A stretch of DNA of 62,954 bases, the filler included, from Asterionella formosa (Eukaryota), in NCBI GenBank assembly GCA_002256025.1. It is 6 parts of 6 records of this genome, joined end to end, with 100 filler letters (N's around TTAATTAATTAA, not from the genome) between each part and the next. Parts side by side here need not be neighbours in the genome. Positions count along the whole stretch, not along the records: positions 10,545 to 20,983 come from NKIB01009500.1; positions 21,084 to 31,490 come from NKIB01009525.1; 4 more parts are not named here. The stretch is one strand, 5' to 3'. Within the stretch, counting starts at the first letter, position 1; each line of letters begins with the position of its first letter. The translations under genes and the position numbers were made by a program. The notes beneath the pieces were generated by a model. It was not told the origin of the DNA. It did not search any database and worked only from the letters and a program-made list of their open reading frames with translations. Shown here piece after piece: positions 10,552 to 21,299 of the stretch.

Positions 10552-13500
10552 GTGGAAGGTACAACGAACCACCAAAAAGAAGAGAAATTTTACAGGACCA
10601 GTGGAAATAAATTAGATCTCAATACTGGATATATTCTACCAGATTCAAAAGAAAGGAATACGTCCCCCCGGCTTGTGACCCTGGCGTCGCTCTTTCGACT
10701 CAAAGAAGAAGAGGTTACTGAAACCATACATGATGTGATAATAAAAGATATAATTGAATCGACGCGTAAGAATCAAAAGTTTGCTTACAAAACATCATTT
10801 GAAATCGACTCACCAAATGGTGGGATGGTCAAGAATCCTATGTTATCCCACATGGAACGCAATGCCGATTGGACGGAACCGAAGGCCGGACAGCAGTTGG
10901 ATTCCAGTTCAGTCTCTGGAGGTAGCGAGGGCTCAAGCGATATAAGTGGCCATGTTAATGACGATGTAAGTTTCGGAGGAGACGATCTCAACACACTAGA
11001 GATGGATCACTTTCAATATGCCGAATCACACCATTTGGAGTTGACCGACGACACAAACGCGGCGGATCAGCTATCTACTTTAAATCGAGAATCATTAGAG
11101 GAGCTGAACGATTTAGATCACGCCGAGGCGGTTCTTAACATATTCCAAGATATGTTGGATCAGGCGGAGCGAGAAGAACAACTGCAATTACAGGCTATAG
11201 ATTGGAGAATTGAAATGGGATCCTTACCATCCTTGGAATCCGCGGCACCTTCTATAGATAGCTTATCTGATCACGAAGACGACTTCTCCGAGGATGGAAA
11301 GGCATTATTTGAATTCATGGGAATATTACTCGATGAGTACGAAAAAGGGTTAAAGTTGCGAAAAGCAAAAACTGTGTTTGAACTCTTTCAGTGGTCGGAA
11401 AAGAAGAACGTGGATGATGTGTTTGAACCGAAGAAGGAAGAAAGAAAAAATACAAACGGCGTCATTATGGCAAAGGAGGACCCGTATGGTATTGGGCGCC
11501 TATCAAACCCATTTCCTACACCAAGTCTATTTGCTGTGTCAACGGATTCAATTGAATCGAATCACCTTGTTAATGGATCCGATGGATTAGAAATTCAATC
11601 CTCTAGTTCCTGGGACAAGGTGAACATCGAACAACGTGTTATGTCGAATAGGTCGGTCTCGATTCAAGATGGAAAGCAAAATCTCGAGGGGAAGATGACA
11701 GGAAGGCAAATCATTCATGATGGGGAATGGCAGACCCCAACAATTGCTGTGACCACATCTGCTTCAGAATCCGATGTGACTGCAGGCCGTCGATCGATAC
11801 TGAACCTCTCGTCTGAACAATTATCAAGTGTACAAGCACATGATGATCTCGTTGAACCAAGACTGGTCAAAGTGCACTCACGAGGAGCCGAAGCAAGCTC
11901 GAAAATACCAAAATTTTCGATCCGTCAAACGACAAAAGGAGCCACCTTGAACAACGTCGCGACTGCATCAAGCTCACATATTACAATGGATCCTATGAAT
12001 CAAGATTCGGAACCAGTGCTGTCAAGACAGATCAACCGCCGTGGTAACTTTGCTACATCTAAACCAAGGGAAAGTAGGAAAGTTGAAATCAAAGATCACG
12101 AGTCAAACTCAATTCAACGGGGACAACCCTTTCAACCAGTAGAGTTGTCGAAAAAAGTGAAAACTCAAGACTCATCGATGGACTTGACAAACGAATCGCT
12201 ACATCGAGAGCTAGAGGTCGAATGGAGAAAACACGATGATTCAAAGGAAGATCTGAATTTCAAGGCGAAGTTGTTGTCATGTCGGAAGATTCAGAATGTC
12301 TTGGTTGAAACAAATGCGATTAAAAAACCCACCAAGCAGCAACCCAAATTGAATATCAGCCAATATAATGAAAAATGTGAGAATCATCAGATGAAATCGC
12401 AACCATTGGCCACGCAGAAAGGGCTGGACGTACTGATGTTAAGGAAATTAAATCTCGATATGACACAGACAGATCCAAAGGCACGAGTAAGTAAAATAGG
12501 TACAGCCACATGGGACCAGGATCTCTCGCTAGCTGCGAAAGAGAGTAAACTGAATGCTTTTAAAATTAAGCCTCAAAGTATTTTTCTCAAGTCGATGCTG
12601 CCTTCGTCGCCAACCACATTCAACAAACAAAGTGAAAACGAAACCGTGGAGGTCAAGGAACTAACATCGAAAACAACCGAATATGAATGCTTGAGTGCTG
12701 ATGGTCAATCGCAGCCAGCACCAGCTATTGCACCGAAAACTATAGAAAGTTCGATCGAACCGAAGAGAAACGAGCAAGATTCGAAACCAAGCAGTTCCAT
12801 TTCCCTTACGGCAGAGAAAAGGAGGGCACAATTAAGATTGCGACTGGCAAAAATGGACAGCCTACTATTTGGGGCCGATTCGAAAAGTGGTAAGGGGGAA
12901 AAGCTTGAAAATTTAAATCTACAGAAGACGCCGAAAATCGACCTGAACCTTGATCCACTAAAAATAATGCCGCTTTCGAAAGCGTCGAAACCAGCGATAG
13001 CAACAAATGTCAAATCTGGAAAGCGAGGAAGTGAGAATGATGAGGCGATACAACCCATTATCGAAGGATTTCTCAGAAATGAAATCTCTTCGCAGCCAGC
13101 TGCGGTGAAGAAGGAATCGCCATTGCAGAGCGGCATAAACATCAACAACAGCACAAAGTTGATTATAAGCAAAACAGTGAAAGATATGATGGGCCTGAAA
13201 CAAGGAGGTCGATCTGAGGAGGTAAATACCGCACAAGATTCCTCAGCGAGTAAAGAAGTCCTTCGAGAGCCATTCTCAATTGCGAAAGAATCTTCTTTGA
13301 AACGAAAGGTACGGAAGAGGATAGACCATAAAGCTAGGAACTTTATCATGGAGGACAAGGTTGGCCAAAAGCAAACCCAACACAGAAATGGGCTTTTAGC
13401 ATCTTTATACAACACAGCATCCACTGATAAAACAAAACTAGAAACGATAACAAAGGAATCGCAAGGGAGCAGAATTTATGACTCGGAGGAGGTCTCCCAT

Positions 13501-14466
13501 GTCAGTTGCGCCATTGAGCATGAGCTCCGGGAGTCCAATGACATGTGCTGTCCAGAACAGGTGAAGGGACCAAAGAACAATGGCGTGTACGACCTCACAG
13601 AACCCGATCACTTCAAACATTCAAGAAAACGCAACAGTGCAGCCAACGAGGTACAAGGGAATTTCTCGTTAGAGATGGAAGAAGAGAGTCTGGACCCCAT
13701 ATTTTTGCTTGCAGCGGCGAAGGGGAGCATGGAACTAAAGGAAAAGAATATAAAGAAATGCAAAACTTTGGAGAGAGCCCTCACTGCAGATGAAAGTCTC
13801 CATTCCAGGAATGAGGCTAAGAAGCAATCCGGATTTAGAGATGGGCCCAATGTGGCAGATTTTACTTCCCATTCTCGAGCTACTCAAAGTAGTAAAGAGC
13901 ATAAGAAGTCAAAAAGGAAAATAGAGGCAACAGATATTAGCTCAAATGCCCAGATAAGGAAAAACGACAGTCTGGTAAAAATAAGGAAGGATGCCATTAC
14001 CTCAGATTATCAAAGAGCTATGACTTCGCCCCCTACCATTGAGTCAAATGAGGTTACTCATGAATCAGACTCCAAGAAAGCTATGTCGTCAAAGCCTTCA
14101 TCAGTTTCCAAGGAGAAAAGGGTTGTTGCGGAGACACAGAGATCGCGCGCAAGCTCAGTTCCCCAAGCAATGGTACGACCCTTACTTCATGATGACAAAA
14201 GTCAGACTGCTTCATTGGACGAAGACAATCCAAGTAGTTCTACACAAGGAAGGAGCATATCTCCAAATAATATTGGATCAGCAGCAAAATATCGCTCTGT
14301 GAAGAGTAATTTGACAACAAGGAGTATTGCAAGCAGAAGCAGCAGTCATCGAACACCAACAAGACAGAACAGTGAAGACAGCATTGATGTGTCCCCACCA
14401 ATATTCCGGAAGGCACCATCCCGGAAAACTAACAACAACACCCACTCAAGAAACATCCAAGAATGA
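10552..14466 (+). CDS. Large low-complexity (S/K/E-rich) hypothetical protein, probably 5'-partial
   Basis: Uninterrupted 1304-codon ORF, open back to the contig edge; no recognisable domain. Confidence 0.75.
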   Translation: MEGTTNHQKEEKFYRTSGNKLDLNTGYILPDSKERNTSPRLVTLASLFRLKEEEVTETIHDVIIKDIIESTRKNQKFAYKTSFEIDSPNGGMVKNPMLSHMERNADWTEPKAGQQLDSSSVSGGSEGSSDISGHVNDDVSFGGDDLNTLEMDHFQYAESHHLELTDDTNAADQLSTLNRESLEELNDLDHAEAVLNIFQDMLDQAEREEQLQLQAIDWRIEMGSLPSLESAAPSIDSLSDHEDDFSEDGKALFEFMGILLDEYEKGLKLRKAKTVFELFQWSEKKNVDDVFEPKKEERKNTNGVIMAKEDPYGIGRLSNPFPTPSLFAVSTDSIESNHLVNGSDGLEIQSSSSWDKVNIEQRVMSNRSVSIQDGKQNLEGKMTGRQIIHDGEWQTPTIAVTTSASESDVTAGRRSILNLSSEQLSSVQAHDDLVEPRLVKVHSRGAEASSKIPKFSIRQTTKGATLNNVATASSSHITMDPMNQDSEPVLSRQINRRGNFATSKPRESRKVEIKDHESNSIQRGQPFQPVELSKKVKTQDSSMDLTNESLHRELEVEWRKHDDSKEDLNFKAKLLSCRKIQNVLVETNAIKKPTKQQPKLNISQYNEKCENHQMKSQPLATQKGLDVLMLRKLNLDMTQTDPKARVSKIGTATWDQDLSLAAKESKLNAFKIKPQSIFLKSMLPSSPTTFNKQSENETVEVKELTSKTTEYECLSADGQSQPAPAIAPKTIESSIEPKRNEQDSKPSSSISLTAEKRRAQLRLRLAKMDSLLFGADSKSGKGEKLENLNLQKTPKIDLNLDPLKIMPLSKASKPAIATNVKSGKRGSENDEAIQPIIEGFLRNEISSQPAAVKKESPLQSGININNSTKLIISKTVKDMMGLKQGGRSEEVNTAQDSSASKEVLREPFSIAKESSLKRKVRKRIDHKARNFIMEDKVGQKQTQHRNGLLASLYNTASTDKTKLETITKESQGSRIYDSEEVSHVSCAIEHELRESNDMCCPEQVKGPKNNGVYDLTEPDHFKHSRKRNSAANEVQGNFSLEMEEESLDPIFLLAAAKGSMELKEKNIKKCKTLERALTADESLHSRNEAKKQSGFRDGPNVADFTSHSRATQSSKEHKKSKRKIEATDISSNAQIRKNDSLVKIRKDAITSDYQRAMTSPPTIESNEVTHESDSKKAMSSKPSSVSKEKRVVAETQRSRASSVPQAMVRPLLHDDKSQTASLDEDNPSSSTQGRSISPNNIGSAAKYRSVKSNLTTRSIASRSSSHRTPTRQNSEDSIDVSPPIFRKAPSRKTNNNTHSRNIQE

Positions 14467-14769
14467 TGAAAAGCAACTGATTTCCAAAGTCTGTCAATGA
14501 GTCCAATGCAATGGTGCTGACTGGCTTTTGATGACTAGGTGAACGACAATAATAGAAATACATCATTCCAATTTTTGGTTGATACACTGTGCCCTGTCTT
14601 AGGTGGCTTCATAGCATCTGTGTTCTTGTTAAATGGATAGCCAACTATCAAACCCATAGTTATCCCAGAACATCAAATGATGGTAATAGATGAAAAAACT
14701 CGGTTGCTATGATTTTGATTGTGAGACTCAGATGGGGATTTGTATTTCCAAAATTTGTAGTTACACAGA

Positions 14770-16760
14770 TAAAACCATTGCAATGATGTCTGCAAAAATA
14801 TTGCAAATTCAAAATTATGAAAAAGTCAGGATATGAACAGGAGAGAATGAAAATGAATCAATAATAATAAATTTGGCAACACTCCAATATGCTGTGCTGG
14901 ACAATACAGTGTCGTGAAATTATCACTCCACCATAGTAATGAAAATGGAGGAATACATACAGCCAACACTATGTATAAAGCAGCATCAATGTTTTTTGAT
15001 AGAAAAATTCAAATCTCCTTAACATTTATGGTATGGTTTGCATTGTTGAAGTCTCACTTACTATATTTATTATGTAACTAAGTATGTATTGGATTCTATT
15101 AGATCCATTCAAAATCAACATTGTCATCAACCCTGTTGATTAATGTGGTCAGTGTAATCACTATTCTTCTCAGGAACATTTGGTTGAAGTGGTTCAACAT
15201 ATTGATGCATATCCTCTTCACTTACATTGGGAAATGAGAAGTATGATTGTTGGTAGATGATATTTGTGGTGGAAGTAGCAATTCCACTAGGATTCCTTCC
15301 ATATTCAGATCGACTTTTTGTGAAAGTCCTCTGTAGATATGCTTATAATAAGCAAGTAGATCATCAGTCCATTGATCAGTGAGACCATTTGAAACTGAAC
15401 TTTCTTCCCTCACACTTTTTTAAATAATAAGCAAGGAAATCATCAGTCCATTGATCAGTGAGACCATTTGAAACTGAACTTTCTTCCCTCATACTTTTTT
15501 GATAAGTGGTTTCCCACCAATGTCAATAAAATCAGTAGTATGACAAATATCATTCTCTGAAATTTCGTGGGTATCTGGATTGAGACCCAAATATTTTGGT
15601 TGCAATCGGAATTTCTCTTTCAGCACCAAGAAGCGAAATGCTTCTGTACTGGTATTAATCAGCAAACCAATAAAACGTGATTGCAATTCACAATGAGCCC
15701 GAAGACTTAGTTGAAATTTGGCTTGGTCACACCAGATTTGTCTCCTGTTAGAAATGGTTCTCCACAGCAGGTCCTGCCTATATAATACACTGGAGCAAGA
15801 ACATCATGTCAGACTTGGTGTCCTTGGCTTCCCCTGTCAATGTACTTTGACTGCGCAAAATGAAAATGCGTGAATGCCCACCTAATCAAGTCATCAATAT
15901 CCATAGTCTGAAAGTTATATTCTGTTAGACCAGCTGGTGTCATGAATTATGTTAGCATTTTTATATTGAAACATATTTGATAAGAATATAATCAGCCACC
16001 AATTCAAAACATCATGCTTTCAGAGCATCTACCACCCTGCAAGAACTTACCTAAGATTCCTTTAAATTGATTATTCAATACATTCTGACATTCTCTCAAC
16101 TTTTAAATGCACATGCCACCAAATGTTGATTTGATGTAATCTAAACGTGCCTTGTTGGTTAATCCAAATCAATCTTTTGGCAAGCAAGTTCAAAGCGTTT
16201 TTCCTTAGTTTGTCATGTACTTGTTGGTGGAACCATGTCTTCCATATGCATGCGGGAGTTATTAATGGTATCGTCGACAAGAGCCATTTTTGTAGCAACA
16301 ACTGAAGATGAAACATCATCATCGGTTTCAAGTCTCAATGAGGGGATCCTGTGTAGCTGATGTTGTCCCGATGGATGGTGGGGTATAACCCCAACTAACT
16401 CCCTGTTGCTGATTGGGTTCCTTTGGATTATCGCCGATTCGATTTTGGTACTTGCTTCTTTGTTCCATACCGGAAGCATTTGCCACATGTCGCTTGTTTC
16501 CGTGAACCTCTTTACGGTTTTTGAAGACATTGTACTACTAGGTAACCGGGAGGTACGGGAAACTCCGTACTTCCTCGCTACGTGGAAAATTCCTTTTGTG
16601 TATCGTGCACAGACCACGCTCTTTTTTTTCAAATATCTTGCAAAATTCTAGTCGTGTTCTTCTGCGAAGTTCGCGAAGTTCGCATACATTGAAAAGTACG
16701 CGCGAATACCATTTCTTCGAATCGAGTTTGAGTTCTGATCAGGCATTAAACATCCACGGG
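14770..16760 (-). mobile_element. Plavaka-like element, left-part remnant
   Basis: 14780-16160 is the reverse complement of 46890-48180, and its end overlaps the start of contig 3 (21084 onward). Confidence 0.75.
15099..16530 (-). pseudogene. ORF1 (accessory gene) of the Plavaka-like element, degraded
   Basis: Fragments MSSKTVKRF..., FIGLLINTSTEAFRFL..., QWTDDLLAYYK..., DFEWI-stop. Paralogous to 46460-47871. Contains an ~80-bp internal duplication at 15348-15500. Confidence 0.7.
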
Positions 16761-16811
16761 CAATAACATTGCTCATCACACAGTATACCGGTGTCCTGTA
16801 CCGGTACCAGG

Positions 16812-19800
16812 TGAGCAATCTGCACGTTGATACAGATGTATATAGGGTTAGGGATATGTCAAATATATCGGAATTCTATAATAAGAGAACTCGACTAACC
16901 ACTATTCTATACTTTGATGTCAGTTCAGGAAATGAGTTGTACATAAGGATTAATTAATAAGCGTATATATTCAACAAATACTACTACTTCTAGTTAGATA
17001 CTTCACTTTGAATTCAAAAAGAGTCGAATTAGAAGACAACAAACATGGCAATGTATTCAAGGGTTCCTGTGATTCCCTTGATCAAAGACTACAATGTATT
17101 GACTATCAAGACTAAAACATTCAGAGTTGCTTTAACCGCTTTAACCGGTGGAAGGTTTGAATCATTTGATCAAGATATGATCGATGGAAGCTCGGTGGAA
17201 GATTGTTAATTGGAGTGGTGAGTCATTTTCGTGACATGGCTAACACATGTGCCTTTAGCCCTGCAGATACCTTTTCCTACTTTAAAAGGTGTTTCACCGA
17301 CATTGCCTTATCGGATTGGTTGAATGTGGAAGTACACCCAGAAGATCAATCTTACAATAATTTCGATGAAGCGATGGTTTTATGGTTAGACGATCGTTTA
17401 CCAAACAAGAGTTTTCAACGTCAACGACAATGGATGCTACGTTATTTATCTTAACCCTTTTCTATGTTGGTAATGGATTTCGGAGATCGTATTAAAACTT
17501 TAAACAGGCTACCGTAAAACCTGGTGTCTTGTACCCCTCAATGTACACAGCCACAACTGATTTTACTTAGAGGGGAGTACAAGACATCGGACCTTTTTTG
17601 ATAATCCAACACTGCGAGAAAACCAACTTCACCACCGTTTTCTCCGTAGTCTAAAACGTAAATAGCAATATTAAAAGATATTTAGTTTCAAGTTCAAACA
17701 GTTTCTATGATCAATACAATTTCTGGTTTTGGTGCACCGGTGCGCCCGAGTTTTGTGATGGCATCAATAGTAATTCCAAGTGTGTGTACCCATTTGTACC
17801 TAATCCTACAACAGTATTAACTTGTGTAGACTCTACGACTTGGATCGTGATGGAAATTAATATAAGCCAACCACATCACTGATATGATTATTCGACCAGA
17901 ATCATGACATGCACGAAATTGTTTTGCATCATGACGCAGCAGACGAAATGATTCTATGAACACTTCCGGCAAGCCGACAACATCAAGGCCAGAACGGCCT
18001 GAGCCTTTAGCATTCAGCTTGATAATCGCTACACAACAAGCATGCAAGCAAGTTGCAGCTTCGACTTTTGAAATAGATCTCAGGACAAGGATATAGCCAT
18101 CGCAAATGTCATTGGCATCGCTCGTGTTGTTATTAATTGTAGTTTCATGATGGTGACCGGTAAGAATACAATTAAATAGTAAATACATCAACAAGGTGCA
18201 CATACTTGGGGCAATTGTTTCCAGAATCCTCGTACTCAAGGTGGTTGAGCAGGTTGCATGGCTTGTCGTCATAATTGATGTGGCTGTTCCAGTTTTGGTA
18301 GACGAGGAAATTTTGGTGGTCGTGGAGGCGGTTCACACAGCAATCCTACAGAAAGCTACCATACTGACACTGCTAACCCTGTGCCTGTTCCACATGCTCG
18401 TATGTCAAATGCATGGGGTCATAATACTCATCCATCCGGTTGGGGTACTGTGCCGCGTGCCGATCCTACCGAGAATACATCTGCCCAGGAAATTTCAGTG
18501 GTCACGAACCCTCCTGCTGGTCAGATAGTGACTTTTGTCCCTACTATACAACAGCAGATTGCTGATCGCCATCACAGAGGTATGTGCGATAAAAGCGATG
18601 CTATTTATAATGACTCGCTGAGTATATCTCACCTTAGTCATCACCTGATTAATATTGTTTAACGAGATGTATTATTATATTTTGATGCACCCATGATTGT
18701 GGAATCTTCATGTGCTCTGGAAATTAAAGCTGCTGAATATAATTACGTAAATATTGATACAGTGGTGGATAAACAGATACATTTGACAACAATACAATGA
18801 TCATGTTTACAAACTATGTTGGTCAAATATCAAACATTATTTGATGGCAAATTAAAAGTCTATCCTCATAAACAGGTACATTTGGAATTATTATCAAATG
18901 CTGTCCCTCGTCATCAACGAGCATATCCGGTCGCTCATATTCATTTAGAAGTTTTCAAAACTGAATTACAACGACTATGTGACATTGGAGTCCTACAAAA
19001 ATGTGGTGCTTCTAAATGGGCATCTCCCACTTTTATTATTCCAAAAAAGGATGGAAGTGTCCGATGGGTATCAGATTTTCGTGAACTCAATAAAGTCATC
19101 AATTACAATATATACCCTTTGCCTCGAATACAAACTATTCTCACTAAACGTGCTGGATATGTACTTTTCACCAAAATTGGATGTTTCCATGCAATACTAT
19201 ACTTTTGCGTTGGATGCGGAGAGTCAAAACCTGTGCGTTATTTCAACTCCATTTGGTTTATATAAATATTTATGTCTCCCTACGGGGGTGAAACAATCAT
19301 TTGATATTGCAAAAGAAACTATGGAACAGATCCTCAGTGATTTAGATGATGTGGAATTTTATATTGATGATGTGGGTTGTTTTTCAATTATTTTTTTGGA
19401 TCACCTTCATTTATTGGACATTATTTTACATCGATTACAGACAAATGGTTTTACAATTAATCCATCTAAGTGTGAATGGGCCGTCCAAGAGACAGATTGG
19501 TTAGGCTATTGGTTAACTCCTAATGGACTGAAACCTTGGTCTAAAAAGGTCCGAGCATTGATTAATATGTCTTCACCTACCAATCTTAAACAAGTTTGGT
19601 ACTGTTAGTACTTACTATCGAGACATGTTTCCTAGACGGTCTCATGTTCTTGGACCACTTACGGACTTAATTGGAACTAGTCCATTTGTCTGGTTACCTA
19701 TCCATCAACAAGATCTTGAAGAAATGAAGGCATTGTTAGTTGCAAATACACTCATGCGTTATCCTGACCATAATCTTCCTTTTCATATCTTTACTTATGC

Positions 19801-19855
19801 CTCTGATTATCAATGAGGGTCGGTCAATGCAAAATGATCTCCCAGTTGCTTATTG
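16812..19855 (+). mobile_element. Degraded Ty3/gypsy LTR retrotransposon (5' LTR, gag remnants, RT, start of RNase H)
   Basis: [59 protein letters not shown] and PVAYW, with frameshifts. The LTR starts TGAG and resembles 39730-39860. Confidence 0.88.
17512..17600 (+). mobile_element. Possible Tc2/pogo-like transposon end inserted at a TA in the gypsy gag
   Basis: TA|CCGTAAAACCTGGTGTCTTGTACCCCTC followed by the inverted copy GAGGGGAGTACAAGACATCGG. The gag-like frame stops here. The other end was not found. Confidence 0.45.
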
Positions 19856-20234
19856 GGCGCGCTCTGATAATAAAAAATTATTATATCATGTGTATTATGA
19901 CACAAATCGTTGTACCCATAACCCTAAAATTTGTGTTTGTGTTGACCAAATTTGGTAAACCTGGTAAGCACCTCCGGGAGCCTACCAGGATTACCAAATT
20001 TGGTCAACACAAACATAAATTTTTTACAGTTATAAATAACAGTGCATTATATAAAAAGATGTTTAGACATGAATGACTATATAGAATTTCCCGGAATATT
20101 TCAAGACTTGCTTGCTCATACTCAAAATGGCTTGCTCTTGCCGAAATAGGTATGCATATACATATGCATAGCTATCGTTACATATCAATCAACCTCCTCA
20201 ATAAATCGATCGTCATCGCTTTTAGATTTCGGCC

Positions 20235-20747
20235 ATGTCTTCATCTTCTTCTGGTCAAACGAGAGCAGCCAGGGAGGGCTTCCCTTCCTCTCCAAGGCTG
20301 CTTGAACGTCGCCGTCACCAGCAACAAGAACAACAAGAACAGACTCAACCAGAAGAAGAGGAGGAGGACGACGACGAGAATGAAGATGACACTGGTGCTG
20401 ATGAGTTTGCCAGTGACGATGAGGACAGTAGGATGGGTGTCCCAGGTGTTTCTCAGATTGGTGTTTATGGGGTTACTCAGTCCCCATCAAGGAAAAACAA
20501 CGATTTTTCACGTGCTCCTACTCGTTCAGTTTCAAGAACAGCAACTGCCAGGCGAGCACCAACGTTTCCAAGAGCTCGCCGAAGCATGCAGAGTCAGGGT
20601 CAACAGTTCAGGATCAATGAGATTCTCTCATTGCTGGAAACCATTTCTACTCACCTGCCAATTGGGTCCCATGAATGGGAAGTTGTTGCATCACAGCACA
20701 ACGAGAATTTCCCAGACAAAGAACGGACAGGACCTTCACTTCGCTGA
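20235..20747 (+). pseudogene. Truncated Myb/SANT-like (DUF6818-like) partner ORF of the Harbinger element
   Basis: FRINEILSLLETISTHLPIGSHEWEVVASQHNENFPDKERTGPSLR, ending abruptly at the deletion junction. Confidence 0.65.
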
Positions 20748-20983
20748 AAGCGCTAGACAACTGATGGAACAGAGGTATCTTTGCCGACCTTTCTTTGTTG
20801 TTGAATTTCTAACAATGAAATCCGTATTTTTCCTACAGGGAGTGAAGGAATAAAAACAAGGTTTGAACAGCTGGTGTAGGAGCTCGAAAGAAGCATGGTC
20901 AAACCCACACAAGGTAATCAGAGCATCATCATGCTTGCTGTTGAACAAAGTCCAGAATGGACTCGATAATGGATGCTGTAGTG
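20745..20983 (-). pseudogene. Harbinger-type transposase N-terminal fragment
   Basis: LQHPLSSPFWTLFNSKHDDALITLCGFDHASF...GRQR...CLAL, typical of stramenopile DDE_Tnp_4 N-termini. Confidence 0.7.
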
Positions 20984-21299
20984 NNNNNNNNNNNNNNNNN
21001 NNNNNNNNNNNNNNNNNNNNNNNNNNNTTAATTAATTAANNNNNNNNNNNNNNNNNNNNNNNNNNNNNNNNNNNNNNNNNNNNATAGATGATAGGAAAAC
21101 ATTGATTCTGCTCTATACTACTATTACTATTAGTGCCGCCTGTACTACATGTAGCGGTATACCTCCATTTTTACTACTATGGTGGAGTGATAATTTCACG
21201 ACTCTGTATTTTCCAGCACAGCATGTTCGAAGTGGCGCTCAAATTATTATAATATATTAATTCATTTTCATTCTATCCTTTTCATATCCTGACTTGTTC

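Larger units (their letters stand above)
19856..20983. mobile_element. Internally deleted PIF/Harbinger-like DNA transposon
   Basis: Interrupts the gypsy RNase H. Contains a subterminal ~43-bp-arm hairpin at 19926-20024, a Myb-like ORF (+) and a convergent transposase N-terminus (-). Confidence 0.7.
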
